DNA from: an uncultured Bacillales bacterium
GTDB lineage: Bacteria > Bacillota_I > Bacilli_A > RFN20 > CAG-826
Reading direction: 5' to 3'
Assembly (NCBI GenBank): GCA_903845135.1
Contig: CAIMWL010000025.1
Span: 528 to 64,527 of the forward strand
Length of the DNA: 64,000 bases
Part shown: piece after piece, positions 1 through 8,452 of the stretch
How the letters are laid out: each line of letters starts with the position of its first letter
Numbering within the stretch: position 1 is the stretch's first letter
Notes under the pieces: generated by a model
What the model was told of the DNA's origin: nothing
Database searches by the model: none
The model's input: only the letters and a program-made list of their open reading frames with translations
Program-made: the position numbers and the translations under genes

Positions 1-1
1 T

Positions 2-718
2 ATTCGATATATTCCAGATTATTTTCAAGCTTTGGGAAATGATAATCATCAAATTAAAACCTTTGACCAATTATATGCTGGCCCTCAATTAGAGGAACGG
101 TATAAAAATTTACCCTATGTTGAACCTGGAAGCACCACTACAGGTGGCGGTGGGGCCGTTATCACTTATAACTCCTCTGTGGCCGATGGCGATACCGCAT
201 TCTTTTCAGCGGGAAATGGTTTTCCTGGTGGATCTGTTCGATACTATTACATCAATACACCCGAAGTAGATGGAAGTTATACCAATGCAGAACCTTGGGG
301 ATACGTCGCCAGTAAATACCACAAAGAATACATTATGGCAAATAAGCAAAGTTCTACCTTTTATGTTCAATCCATACCTGGAGGAGCGTTAAAAGAAGTG
401 AACAATCGTAATTTAGGTCTTATTTGGGTGAATGGTCAACTTGCTCAATTTCTCATTATTCGTGAAGGATTATCTGAAAATGTTGGATTATCTTATGGAC
501 CTAGCGATTTAGCACTGACTGACCGTGATGTTCCTTACTTAACGTTTTTGAGATTTGCTGAACATCAAGCAAAATTGAATGGTTGGGGTACCAAAGGCTA
601 TCCGATCGTGGCAACTGGTGAAAAATCACCCGATTGGAACTATCAAGCCCAAGGTGGCCTAGGGGCTCTTGCCACTACTAATCCCGTTTGGTTCCCTCAT
701 ATCGAGTTGCCTTGGTAA
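2..718 (+). CDS. 3' part of a larger gene (5' end outside window): protein with a staphylococcal-nuclease (SNase/thermonuclease)-like domain
   Basis: The frame is open from the window edge, with no stop between nt 2 and the TTG at 32 used by the ORF track. SNase-like hallmarks are present: ADGDTAFF, SVRYYYINTPE, NNRNLGLIWVNG...IIREGL. The stop at 716-718 is followed by a hairpin terminator. Confidence 0.55.
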   Translation: MRYIPDYFQALGNDNHQIKTFDQLYAGPQLEERYKNLPYVEPGSTTTGGGGAVITYNSSVADGDTAFFSAGNGFPGGSVRYYYINTPEVDGSYTNAEPWGYVASKYHKEYIMANKQSSTFYVQSIPGGALKEVNNRNLGLIWVNGQLAQFLIIREGLSENVGLSYGPSDLALTDRDVPYLTFLRFAEHQAKLNGWGTKGYPIVATGEKSPDWNYQAQGGLGALATTNPVWFPHIELPW

Positions 719-724
719 AAAATT

Positions 725-749
725 AAAAACCCGCAATTGCGGGTTTTTT
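725..749. terminator. Rho-independent terminator hairpin, usable on both strands
   Basis: The sequence is aaaaACCCGCaattGCGGGTttttt. A T-run follows on the plus strand (end of the nuclease-like gene) and an A-run precedes it, giving a T-run on the minus strand just after tRNA-Leu. Confidence 0.8.
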
Positions 750-756
750 AATTCAT

Positions 757-841
757 TGGTGCAGGTAGGGAGACTCGAACTCCCATGGGTTACCCCATAC
801 GCCCCTCAAACGTACGCGTCTACCAATTTCGCCATACCTGC
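757..841 (-). tRNA. tRNA-Leu (anticodon GAG)
   Basis: The reverse complement folds as a type-II tRNA. Acceptor is GCAGGTA/TACCTGC. Anticodon stem is TACGT/GCGTA with loop TT-GAG-GG. It has a long variable arm (TGGGGTAACCCAT), a T-arm GGGAG-TTCGAGT-CTCCC, and an encoded CCA. Confidence 0.9.
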
Positions 842-873
842 GCGAATAGTATTATAACTAAACCCTTTGAAAA

Positions 874-2295
874 TTAAAAGAAATTGAATAAAAAGTTCGC
901 CAGCACAAAGTAAATCAACAGACTGCTAAAATCCACGATTGTGGTTAAAAATGGTGAAGACATAACTGCAGGGTCTTTGTTTAACTTCAAGGCTAATATG
1001 GGAATAAGGCTACCTAGCATTTTTGAAAGCAAAATTGAAATGAACAAGGTTAAGCTGACTAACCCAGAAATCCTGGTAATAAATAACCACCACGGTGCTT
1101 CATACATAGGCATACCCATATCTAAGGGTAAACGAATAAAGCCCGTTGCTAATTCAAAAAATATAAACAAAAATGCAAATAGTGCCGTAAGTAACGCTGT
1201 AAATATTGATACCTTTAACTCTTTACGAATTACAAATTGAAAATCTTTTATCGTAATTTCTTTAACTGCAATGGCGCGAGTAATAATCGCAACCGATTGA
1301 TTACCGGTATTGCCACCGGTATTCATGATTCCTGGAATGAAGGCAGTCAAAATGACGACACTTTCTAAAATTCCTTGAAATTGATTGATGGTGAAGGTTG
1401 AAATTGCGCCAATTACCATCAAACCAAATATCCATGGAATTGACTTCATGACGATTGCAAAGGGCTTAACTAGTCGATATTGATCATCGATAGGTTGAAC
1501 TGCCGCCATTTTTAAAATATCTTCAGAGGCTTCTTTTTCAATGACATCGACAATGTCGTCGATGGTGATAATGCCAACCAAATGTTTTGATTCGTTTAAG
1601 ACCGGTATAACCGATAAATCATAGCGCTTAAATAACTGAGAAACTTCTTCTTGATCGGTGTGGACTTGGCAGGAAATAAATTCTTGATTCATCACTTCTT
1701 TAACAAGTTGAATGGATTCATGAAACACCACATCCTCGATATAAATGATGCCTTTAAGGAAACGGTTTTGATCAACAATAAAGTTTGAATAAATGGTTTC
1801 TTTATCTCGTCCAGTTTTCCTGATTTTTTCTAATGCTTCTCCAATCGTGGCATTTTCAGGTATCGTGATGTATTCCGTGGTCATAATACTACCAGCAGAA
1901 TTAGGTTTGTAATTGAGTAAAATGTTAATTTCTTGTCGAAGTGAGGGGTCCGCCACTTTCAAAATTTTTGATACTAAATTTGCTGGCATATCCGAAAGAA
2001 AGTCTGCAATATCGTCTTGATAAGAGTGATTCAAAAGTTCAATTAATTGTTTATCAGTAAAAATATGGATGAGATTTTCTTGTTGTTGATTAGACAAATG
2101 CGAAAAGAGTTCTGCTGTATGGTCAGAATTACAGGTACGAAAGATAAACAATAAATCTTCTGGATGATCTAACTGATTGACTAAAGTAGCTAAGTCAATA
2201 ATATGAAAACGGTCAAAAAGAGCTCTTAGTTTTTTCACATCTTTTTGCTTAAGATATTGCTTTAATGTTTTTATTTGGATAAGTTTTGCTGACAT
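874..2295 (-). CDS. mgtE: Magnesium transporter MgtE
   Basis: 473 aa with an N-terminal MgtE-N-like helical domain. There are two CBS-like repeats (FLKGIIYIEDV, HLVGIITIDDIVDVIE). The C-terminal TM domain carries the conserved GIMNTGGNTGNQS motif. Confidence 0.9.
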   Translation of the reverse strand: MSAKLIQIKTLKQYLKQKDVKKLRALFDRFHIIDLATLVNQLDHPEDLLFIFRTCNSDHTAELFSHLSNQQQENLIHIFTDKQLIELLNHSYQDDIADFLSDMPANLVSKILKVADPSLRQEINILLNYKPNSAGSIMTTEYITIPENATIGEALEKIRKTGRDKETIYSNFIVDQNRFLKGIIYIEDVVFHESIQLVKEVMNQEFISCQVHTDQEEVSQLFKRYDLSVIPVLNESKHLVGIITIDDIVDVIEKEASEDILKMAAVQPIDDQYRLVKPFAIVMKSIPWIFGLMVIGAISTFTINQFQGILESVVILTAFIPGIMNTGGNTGNQSVAIITRAIAVKEITIKDFQFVIRKELKVSIFTALLTALFAFLFIFFELATGFIRLPLDMGMPMYEAPWWLFITRISGLVSLTLFISILLSKMLGSLIPILALKLNKDPAVMSSPFLTTIVDFSSLLIYFVLANFLFNFF

Positions 2296-2339
2296 TGCTT
2301 ACTATTTTACTCCACTTTCGTTAAAATGAAATCAAGATT

Positions 2340-4607
2340 ATGAAAGTAAATCAGAACCAAGTTAATCTGGACAGAAAGAATGGGTCTTCATCTCTTTTTA
2401 GCATTGTATTTCTATTCATTTCTATCGGATTAGGAATTCTGCTATCTTTTATATCCATTTTAAGTGATTTCGGTACCTTTGATTGGCCAAATTTTTTAAG
2501 ATTTGAACAAACATGGCTTCAGAATGAATGGATGTTCATCGTTTCTGTTTTGATGTTTTTATTGATTATCATTAGCAGTGGCTATCGTTATTGGATTCTG
2601 CTCAAGGACAAAAACATCATGGTTAGTTTTTGGCAAAGTATTCGGTTTGGAATTCTCGCTAGATATTATGTTTTGATTACGCCATGGGGTTTAGGATCCC
2701 AACCGATTATGATTGGACTAATTTATCAAAAAGGTGTGTCCATTGGTAAAGCTACTTCCGTGGTGATGCTCGATTTACTACTGATGCGTTTAGCGATGAC
2801 CATCATCGTTGCATTTGCGTTAATTTTTTATGGTTATTTAATCAATCCCACTATTTTATTATTTGCTTGGTTTGGTTTTCTTTTCACCTGTTTAGGCCCG
2901 ATTTTTTTTGTTGCTGCTTCGTTGAGTCCATTCATCGAGAAGTTAACTTTACAATTCCTTCGAATTTTTTTTCCAAAAAAATACCCCAGATGGAAGTTAA
3001 GTATTTCTGATAGTTTAAATCAATATCGAAAAGCTTTTAACAACTATAAATACAAGCAAAGTAAACTTTGGATAGTTTTGATTTGGTCGATTATCTCTCA
3101 GCTAGCGTTATTAAGTTTACCATTTTTTATTTTGAGCACTTTTCCTCAGACAAATTTTGGTTTAATTAATCCACCCTTTAATTATTTCAATGTTTTGATG
3201 ATGATGGCATTCGCCAATGTTGTCTTGGGTACAGTTCCAACCTTGGGTAGTGCGGGTGCCGCTGAGTTTACCTTTACCACGTTATTTAATGTTTTTCTAT
3301 CTGGCCAATTTTTAATCATTGCCATCTTTGTTTGGCGTTTTTTATTATTTTATATTTGGTTAATTTTAGGAATGTTGATGACGATTTCAGCACAAATAAA
3401 GATGCGAAATCTAAAGAATAAAACCAAGAAAATCAATTTTAAACTCCCCTTAAAAGTATTTTTATTTAACGATGGATTTTATCCTTTGATTGATGGAGTA
3501 GTGAGAACAGTAGACGCATATGCTCGCCATCTCGTAAGTGAAGGAATTGATGTATCCGTGGTAGTGCCATTTCAAGGTGATGTTACGCCATTCCCCTATC
3601 GAATTATTGCGGTTCCCCAATTGAAAATTCCAGGTTTATTTTACCCAATACCATATGGTTACAATCGGCAAAAATTCCGCAAACTATTTAATTATGATGG
3701 ACCGACGATATACCATGCACACACCCCTTTTTTATTAGGTAACTTGGCTTTAAAACTTGCCAAAAAGAATCAAGTACCTCTGATTGCAACCTTTCATAGT
3801 AAATATTATGAAGATTATTATGCTGCTACTAAAAGTAAATGGTTATCCAAGATCTTAAACAACCTGACGATGCAATTTTTTTCAAAAGCCTTTGCTTTAT
3901 GGACCGTTTCAAAAGCAACCGTTAAAACCATTCAAAATTATGGTTTATCTAGACGGGGCATCAAAGTCATTTCGAACGGAACCGATATTCAAGCCTTTCA
4001 CAATCCTAATCCGCAAAAATTAATTGAGCTTCAAGATAAATTTAGGATAGATTTTAATCAAAAAACGATTTTATTTGTTGGGCAAATAATCTGGCAAAAA
4101 AATCTAAAGTTAATCATTGATACTTTACATGAACTTGATCATCTCAATCGTCGGTATCAATTAGTCTTGGTAGGAGAAGGGCGTCACCAAGAAGCAATCC
4201 AATCATATGCTCAAGAAAAAAACATGAAAAATAAAGTCATTTTTACTGGAAAAATTACCGATAATCAAAACCTATCTTTGTTATATAAAAATGCAGACTT
4301 ATTTTTCTTTCCTTCTGCTTATGATAATGATCCCTTGGTTGTCAAAGAAGCTTCCGTCCATGCATTACCTACTTTGGTGATGAAGCATACTTCTATCGCT
4401 GATCAAATTATGGACAATGTGAATGGTTTTATTCAAAGCGGAAACGCGAAAAACTTTGCCAAACGTATTATCGAGATATTAGATCGTCCTTCGAAGCGGA
4501 AAAAAGTTGGTGAACAAGCTCAAATTGATTTAGTTAAACGCTGGCCAGATACGTTAAGGAATCTCAAAAAGGAGTATCAATCCGTGATCAAAAAATATTA
4601 TCCTTAA
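2340..4607 (+). CDS. Fusion protein: polytopic flippase-like (LPG-synthase-TM/UPF0104-type) membrane domain + GT4 (GT-B) glycosyltransferase
   Basis: 755 aa. Residues ~15-345 are a run of hydrophobic helices. Residues ~365-755 show a GT4 pattern: LFNDGFYPLIDGVVRTVDAYARHL, FVGQIIWQKNL, VLVGEG, and the EX7E-like FFFPSAYDNDPLVVKEASVHALP. Confidence 0.7.
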   Translation: MKVNQNQVNLDRKNGSSSLFSIVFLFISIGLGILLSFISILSDFGTFDWPNFLRFEQTWLQNEWMFIVSVLMFLLIIISSGYRYWILLKDKNIMVSFWQSIRFGILARYYVLITPWGLGSQPIMIGLIYQKGVSIGKATSVVMLDLLLMRLAMTIIVAFALIFYGYLINPTILLFAWFGFLFTCLGPIFFVAASLSPFIEKLTLQFLRIFFPKKYPRWKLSISDSLNQYRKAFNNYKYKQSKLWIVLIWSIISQLALLSLPFFILSTFPQTNFGLINPPFNYFNVLMMMAFANVVLGTVPTLGSAGAAEFTFTTLFNVFLSGQFLIIAIFVWRFLLFYIWLILGMLMTISAQIKMRNLKNKTKKINFKLPLKVFLFNDGFYPLIDGVVRTVDAYARHLVSEGIDVSVVVPFQGDVTPFPYRIIAVPQLKIPGLFYPIPYGYNRQKFRKLFNYDGPTIYHAHTPFLLGNLALKLAKKNQVPLIATFHSKYYEDYYAATKSKWLSKILNNLTMQFFSKAFALWTVSKATVKTIQNYGLSRRGIKVISNGTDIQAFHNPNPQKLIELQDKFRIDFNQKTILFVGQIIWQKNLKLIIDTLHELDHLNRRYQLVLVGEGRHQEAIQSYAQEKNMKNKVIFTGKITDNQNLSLLYKNADLFFFPSAYDNDPLVVKEASVHALPTLVMKHTSIADQIMDNVNGFIQSGNAKNFAKRIIEILDRPSKRKKVGEQAQIDLVKRWPDTLRNLKKEYQSVIKKYYP

Positions 4608-4645
4608 TCGTTAATCCATAATCATATATAATAGTGAGGATAAAA

Positions 4646-5218
4646 ATGAAAACCATTTTAGTTGAAACTTCTGCTCGGCATATTCACCTTACCCAAAAGG
4701 ATTTAGAAATCCTTTGTGGGCAGGGTTTTCAGATGCAAGCGGTAAGACCATTATCACAACCAGGACAGTATGTTTCGAATGTTCGATTAACGCTAGTTGG
4801 ACCCAAAAGAACCTTTGAAAATGTCGTGGTTTTAGGACCAGTCAGACCTGCATCTCAAGTCGAAGTATCGGCGACTGAAGCAAGGATGTTAGGTATTAAT
4901 CCTCCCATTCGTGAATCCGGTGATATCCAAGGTTCAAGTCCCATTACCATCATCGGGCCGAAGGGGCAAATTATACTCCCAATTGGTTGCATTATTGCCA
5001 AACGCCATATTCACATGACACCTGAGGATGCAATTTATTTCCAAGTAAAAGATAAGCAAATAGTTTCGGTGAAGTTAGCCTCACCTTCCCGTTCGTTAAT
5101 ATTTGGAGATGTCGTCATACGTGTTAGAAAAGATTTTTCTCTTGCCATGCATATCGATACCGATGAAGCCAATGCCGCAGGTTTAAGTGGTGACACTCAA
5201 GGTGAGTTAATTAAGTAA
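4646..5218 (+). CDS. pduL: Phosphate acyl(propanoyl/acetyl)transferase PduL
   Basis: Shows the duplicated PduL motif (SARHIHLTQKDLE and AKRHIHMTPEDA) and MHIDTDEANAAG near the C-terminus. ATG 4646 is preferred over GTG 4634 because GAGGA lies 5 nt upstream. Confidence 0.8.
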   Translation: MKTILVETSARHIHLTQKDLEILCGQGFQMQAVRPLSQPGQYVSNVRLTLVGPKRTFENVVVLGPVRPASQVEVSATEARMLGINPPIRESGDIQGSSPITIIGPKGQIILPIGCIIAKRHIHMTPEDAIYFQVKDKQIVSVKLASPSRSLIFGDVVIRVRKDFSLAMHIDTDEANAAGLSGDTQGELIK

Positions 5219-5224
5219 AATTGA

Positions 5225-5252
5225 TTGATTTTTAGCACTAAATTTGTATAAT
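5225..5252 (+). promoter_or_regulatory. Sigma-70-type promoter of the metK leader
   Basis: TTGATT (5225-5230), a 16-nt spacer, then the extended -10 TGTATAAT (5245-5252). Confidence 0.55.
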
Positions 5253-5260
5253 GTAATTAA

Positions 5261-5401
5261 GGTCATATCCCGACACTGTGTAGACGAACCGACCACAGTA
5301 GCAACTCTAGAAATCTAGTAAGTGCTGGTTCAAGCAGAGTTCCACCTCTGAACGATATGAGCGAAAGTCGTTCACAACTTTCCTTCGTGGAAAGTTTTTT
5401 T
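5261..5401 (+). promoter_or_regulatory. SAM-I-clan-like riboswitch (atypical P2) with intrinsic terminator, upstream of metK
   Basis: P1 is TCATATC (5263-5269) / GATATGA (5354-5360). P2 is ACTGTG/CACAGT. GCAAC precedes a short P3 (CTAG aaat CTAG). The J3/4-like segment is AGTGCTGGTTCAAGCAG. P4 is CAGAG ttccac CTCTG, followed by GAAC. The P2-loop GAACC (5286-5290) is complementary to GGTTC (5327-5331), giving a pseudoknot as in SAM-I. The terminator AACTTTCC ttcg TGGAAAGTT + T7 (5376-5401) lies just before the metK RBS. Confidence 0.55.
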
Positions 5402-5420
5402 ATTCAAGGAGGTTTCATGA

Positions 5421-6590
5421 ATGAAAGAAGAAATGGTTTTCACCTCAGAAGCAGTTTCTGAAGGTCATCCTGATAAGGTATGCGATCAAATTGCAGATGC
5501 AATATTAGACGCCTGTTTAGCAATTGATCCACTAGCACACGTAGCGATTGAATGTTTTGCTGCGAAGCAAAAACTATTAATCGGCGGGGAAGTAAGATTT
5601 TCCAATTCTAGCATCAAAAGACCAGATTTCACCTTGATTGCTAAACAAGTGATGAAAGAGATTGGATATACAGATCCCAAATTAGATTTTTCGGTAAATG
5701 AAGTGCAAATTTTTGACTGGGTGCAAAGCCAATCAGAGGATATCAATCAAGCTGTAACCAAAGGGGAAACAACTGCTGGCGATCAAGGATTGATGTTTGG
5801 ATTTGCGACTGATGAAACTGAAGGGAAAATGCCTCTCGCAATTGTCATCGCTCAAAAATTGGTAAGAATTGCATCTCGTCTCAGAAAACAAGGGCAATTT
5901 CCATATGCAAGGCCGGATATGAAATCCCAAGTCACAGTTGCATACCATGGGAAAAAAGTAAAAGTTAGCAAAGTTGTGATGTCCATCCAACACGATCCAA
6001 AAACTCCTTTTGTTGAATTTAAGGAATTCATATCTGAAAAGATTATCAAACCAGTTATCCAGTCCTTTAACTTAAATTTAGATTATGAAGTGTTTATTAA
6101 TCCCTCGGATCGATTTGTCATTGGTGGTCCTGCAGGCGATACCGGATTAACTGGAAGGAAAATCATTGTTGATACCTATGGGGGTTATGCCCGCCATGGA
6201 GGCGGATCTTTTTCTGGTAAAGATGCCACAAAAGTTGATCGCTCAGGAGCCTATTTAGCAAGATATATTGCGTTAAACCTCGTTGCCGCTGGTGTTGCAA
6301 AAAAAGTAGAAGTTCAAATTGCGTATGTCATCGGACAAGCGGAACCCGTTTCCTTAACTTTATTTACCTTCGGTACCTTAAAAAAAGGTTTAACTGAAGC
6401 AAAAGTTCTTCAAGTCGTCAAAAAGTTATTCTTTTTTAAACCCGGTGACATTATTCAACGCTTCTCGTTGAATCGGCCATCTTTTAAATATAGAGATTTA
6501 GCGATCTACGGTCATTTTGGCAGGCCTGATTTGGATGTTCCTTGGGAAAAAACTGATAAAGTCACCGATATTCAAAAATTACTTTTTTAA
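5421..6590 (+). CDS. metK: S-adenosylmethionine synthetase
   Basis: Motifs GHPDKVCDQIADA, GDQGLMFGFATDET and GGGSFSGKDATKVDRSGAY. AAGGAGG RBS upstream. Confidence 0.97.
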   Translation: MKEEMVFTSEAVSEGHPDKVCDQIADAILDACLAIDPLAHVAIECFAAKQKLLIGGEVRFSNSSIKRPDFTLIAKQVMKEIGYTDPKLDFSVNEVQIFDWVQSQSEDINQAVTKGETTAGDQGLMFGFATDETEGKMPLAIVIAQKLVRIASRLRKQGQFPYARPDMKSQVTVAYHGKKVKVSKVVMSIQHDPKTPFVEFKEFISEKIIKPVIQSFNLNLDYEVFINPSDRFVIGGPAGDTGLTGRKIIVDTYGGYARHGGGSFSGKDATKVDRSGAYLARYIALNLVAAGVAKKVEVQIAYVIGQAEPVSLTLFTFGTLKKGLTEAKVLQVVKKLFFFKPGDIIQRFSLNRPSFKYRDLAIYGHFGRPDLDVPWEKTDKVTDIQKLLF

Positions 6591-6655
6591 AAATCTCCAT
6601 TACCACTACCTTGTTCAAGAAAAACTTGAGATAATATCAATAGAAGGAGTGGCAT

Positions 6656-7204
6656 ATGAAATACCAAATTGTCGGAAAAAATATTGAGGTTACCAGTGCT
6701 ATTTCGAATACAATTCAAAAGAAACTTGAACACCTCTCTAAGTTTTTTGTTATCAAGGATGATGTCACATGCCGCGTGGTCGTTCGTTCCTATAAAGTTG
6801 GAGCCAAAGTTGAAATTACCATTTTTACACCGATGATGGACGTCAGAGCCGAAGTTAAACATGATGACTTATATGCGGCAGTGGATTTAGCACTCGATAA
6901 ATTGAATAACCAACTCCGCAAACTCAAGACCCGAATTAAAAGTTATAAGCATCAAAGTTTAGGAGAATCCATCATTTTAGAAGCAATTGAAAGTGAAAAA
7001 GTTCAAAGTAAAAAAGATGAAGTTGTTCGTACAAAATCAATTTTTTTGAATCCCATGACGATGGAAGAAGCGATTACCAGAATGGAAGCCTTAGGTCATA
7101 ATTTCTTCATCTATCTTGATATTGAAGATAAACAAATTAGTCTTTTGTACCACCGCCAAGACGGTGGTTTTGGTTTAATTCAAGCTGAAAATAAATTACA
7201 ATAA
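6656..7204 (+). CDS. hpf: Ribosome hibernation promoting factor (long form)
   Basis: 182 aa with a RaiA/HPF-type N-terminus (MKYQIVGKNIEVT...). The C-terminal dimerisation domain (PMTMEEAITRMEALGHNFFIYLD) is typical of long HPF. GAAGGAG RBS. Confidence 0.9.
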   Translation: MKYQIVGKNIEVTSAISNTIQKKLEHLSKFFVIKDDVTCRVVVRSYKVGAKVEITIFTPMMDVRAEVKHDDLYAAVDLALDKLNNQLRKLKTRIKSYKHQSLGESIILEAIESEKVQSKKDEVVRTKSIFLNPMTMEEAITRMEALGHNFFIYLDIEDKQISLLYHRQDGGFGLIQAENKLQ

Positions 7205-7207
7205 AGC

Positions 7208-8038
7208 ATGCCAAAATTGTTTGCAATCGATTTAGATGGAACGTTATTCTATCCAAAAAAGAGAATTAGCTTAGTATCTAAGCAAAATATTGCATTTTTA
7301 AAATATGCAATTGCCAAGGGCCATCACGTTGTTTTTGTTACTTCGAGAAATCGCTTTTTTGTGGAAAAGGTTTTAAAACAAATTAATTTAGATCTTGACT
7401 TTGTTTGCCGTAATGGATGCATGGTCGTGCAACAACATCAAGTGATACTTGACCAATCCATGACCTCAAAAGACGTTGAATCCGTAACAAACTACATCAA
7501 AAGCAGGCACCGACGTTTCATGTTCTCGATTGATACTAGCAATGAATCCAATTTAGTATTTACTTCAAATTATGTTTGGTACCTCGATATCATTTATCGA
7601 CTTTATTACCTTTTTCAAGGTCGATATCGTGAAGCCTATAAAAAAGACAATGCCTACTTTATGAATCAAGTTCATGGCGATGCAGTGATTCAAAGGTTGT
7701 TGATTTATTTTGGGATTAGTAAGCATGGAAAACGTTTAGCTTTGGAAGAAAGTAAAAAATTAAAAAAGAAATTTCCCCATCTTGAAATTGCATGGATTAA
7801 TGGATTAATTGAGGTTGCCGCACTTGGTACCAATAAAGCCAATGCGCTAAAAGTCTTGATTGATAAAAAAGGAATTAACCCAAAAGATGTCATTGTGGTG
7901 GGTGACTCTGGAAATGATATTCCCATGTTTAAGGCATTTGCTCAAAGTTATTGCATGGAGCATGCTCATCCAGAAGTCAAAAAACATGCCAAATTTTTCA
8001 TTAAAAGAGTCTATCAATTAAAAGAAATCATTGAATAA
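7208..8038 (+). CDS. Cof-type HAD-IIB phosphatase
   Basis: Motifs FAIDLDGTLF (motif I), VTSR (II) and VGDSGNDIPMF (IV). Confidence 0.85.
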   Translation: MPKLFAIDLDGTLFYPKKRISLVSKQNIAFLKYAIAKGHHVVFVTSRNRFFVEKVLKQINLDLDFVCRNGCMVVQQHQVILDQSMTSKDVESVTNYIKSRHRRFMFSIDTSNESNLVFTSNYVWYLDIIYRLYYLFQGRYREAYKKDNAYFMNQVHGDAVIQRLLIYFGISKHGKRLALEESKKLKKKFPHLEIAWINGLIEVAALGTNKANALKVLIDKKGINPKDVIVVGDSGNDIPMFKAFAQSYCMEHAHPEVKKHAKFFIKRVYQLKEIIE

Positions 8039-8084
8039 ATGCAATTGATATTTCCCTTAATAATTGCTAAAATAACCCTAGGAA

Positions 8085-8432
8085 ATGAATATGACGAATA
8101 ATAAAAAAATGCAATTAACGTTGGGGCAACAATTCTGGCTTATGGTATCCTTGCTCTTTTTGGTAGCAGGTTTAGCACTTGCTATTCTTGGTTTTTTGCG
8201 TGATTTTTTACCTTTATCCTATGAACAAAATTGGATTAGGATTGCCGAAAGTGCGATGAATGAGTTTCTCTCGACTAACTTTTCTTGGCAAATTTGGGGT
8301 AGTTTACTCATGATCACTGGTGCTGTGATCTTTGCATTGTTAATGCAACGCCTTGCCAGTGAAGAAGAAAAACAATTAGAAAAATTACAACGTCGCGCTC
8401 AACGTTTACAAGATGCTAAGATTGCTGAATAG
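8085..8432 (+). CDS. Small 2-TM membrane protein with charged coiled-coil tail, function unknown
   Basis: 115 aa with two hydrophobic segments (FWLMVSLLFLVAGLALAILGF; IWGSLLMITGAVIFALLM). The tail is EEEKQLEKLQRRAQRLQDAK. No recognisable family motif. Confidence 0.5.
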   Translation: MNMTNNKKMQLTLGQQFWLMVSLLFLVAGLALAILGFLRDFLPLSYEQNWIRIAESAMNEFLSTNFSWQIWGSLLMITGAVIFALLMQRLASEEEKQLEKLQRRAQRLQDAKIAE

Positions 8433-8452
8433 GCAATCTTTTTTTCTTTAAT

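Noticed and set aside
669-857. 62-aa plus-strand ORF downstream of the nuclease-like gene.
   Set aside because: It runs through the terminator hairpin and the whole tRNA-Leu gene on the opposite strand, so it is a chance ORF.
941-1240. Antisense or nested small ORFs inside well-supported genes (e.g. 941-1240, 5486-6049, 6587-6862, 7705-7926, 9192-9380, 14067-14258, 14571-14828, 15440-15712, 27153-27987, 53775-54077).
   Set aside because: Each is embedded in a gene with strong family motifs on the other strand or frame. They lack start context and have odd composition.
2296-2339. Looked for an M-box (Mg2+) riboswitch upstream of mgtE.
   Set aside because: Only 44 nt separate mgtE from the divergent gene, which is far too short for an M-box.
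2961-2990. T8-CC-A8 palindromic homopolymer pair inside the glycosyltransferase gene.
   Set aside because: It encodes FFPKK in frame in an AT-rich genome. No loop is possible for a hairpin, and there is no evidence of a frameshift. It is probably compositional.
5231-5240. TTAGCACT, half of a CIRCE (HrcA) operator.
   Set aside because: No inverted partner (GAGTGCTAA) occurs at the required 9-nt spacing. The nearest AGTGCT is ~80 nt away and is part of the riboswitch core.
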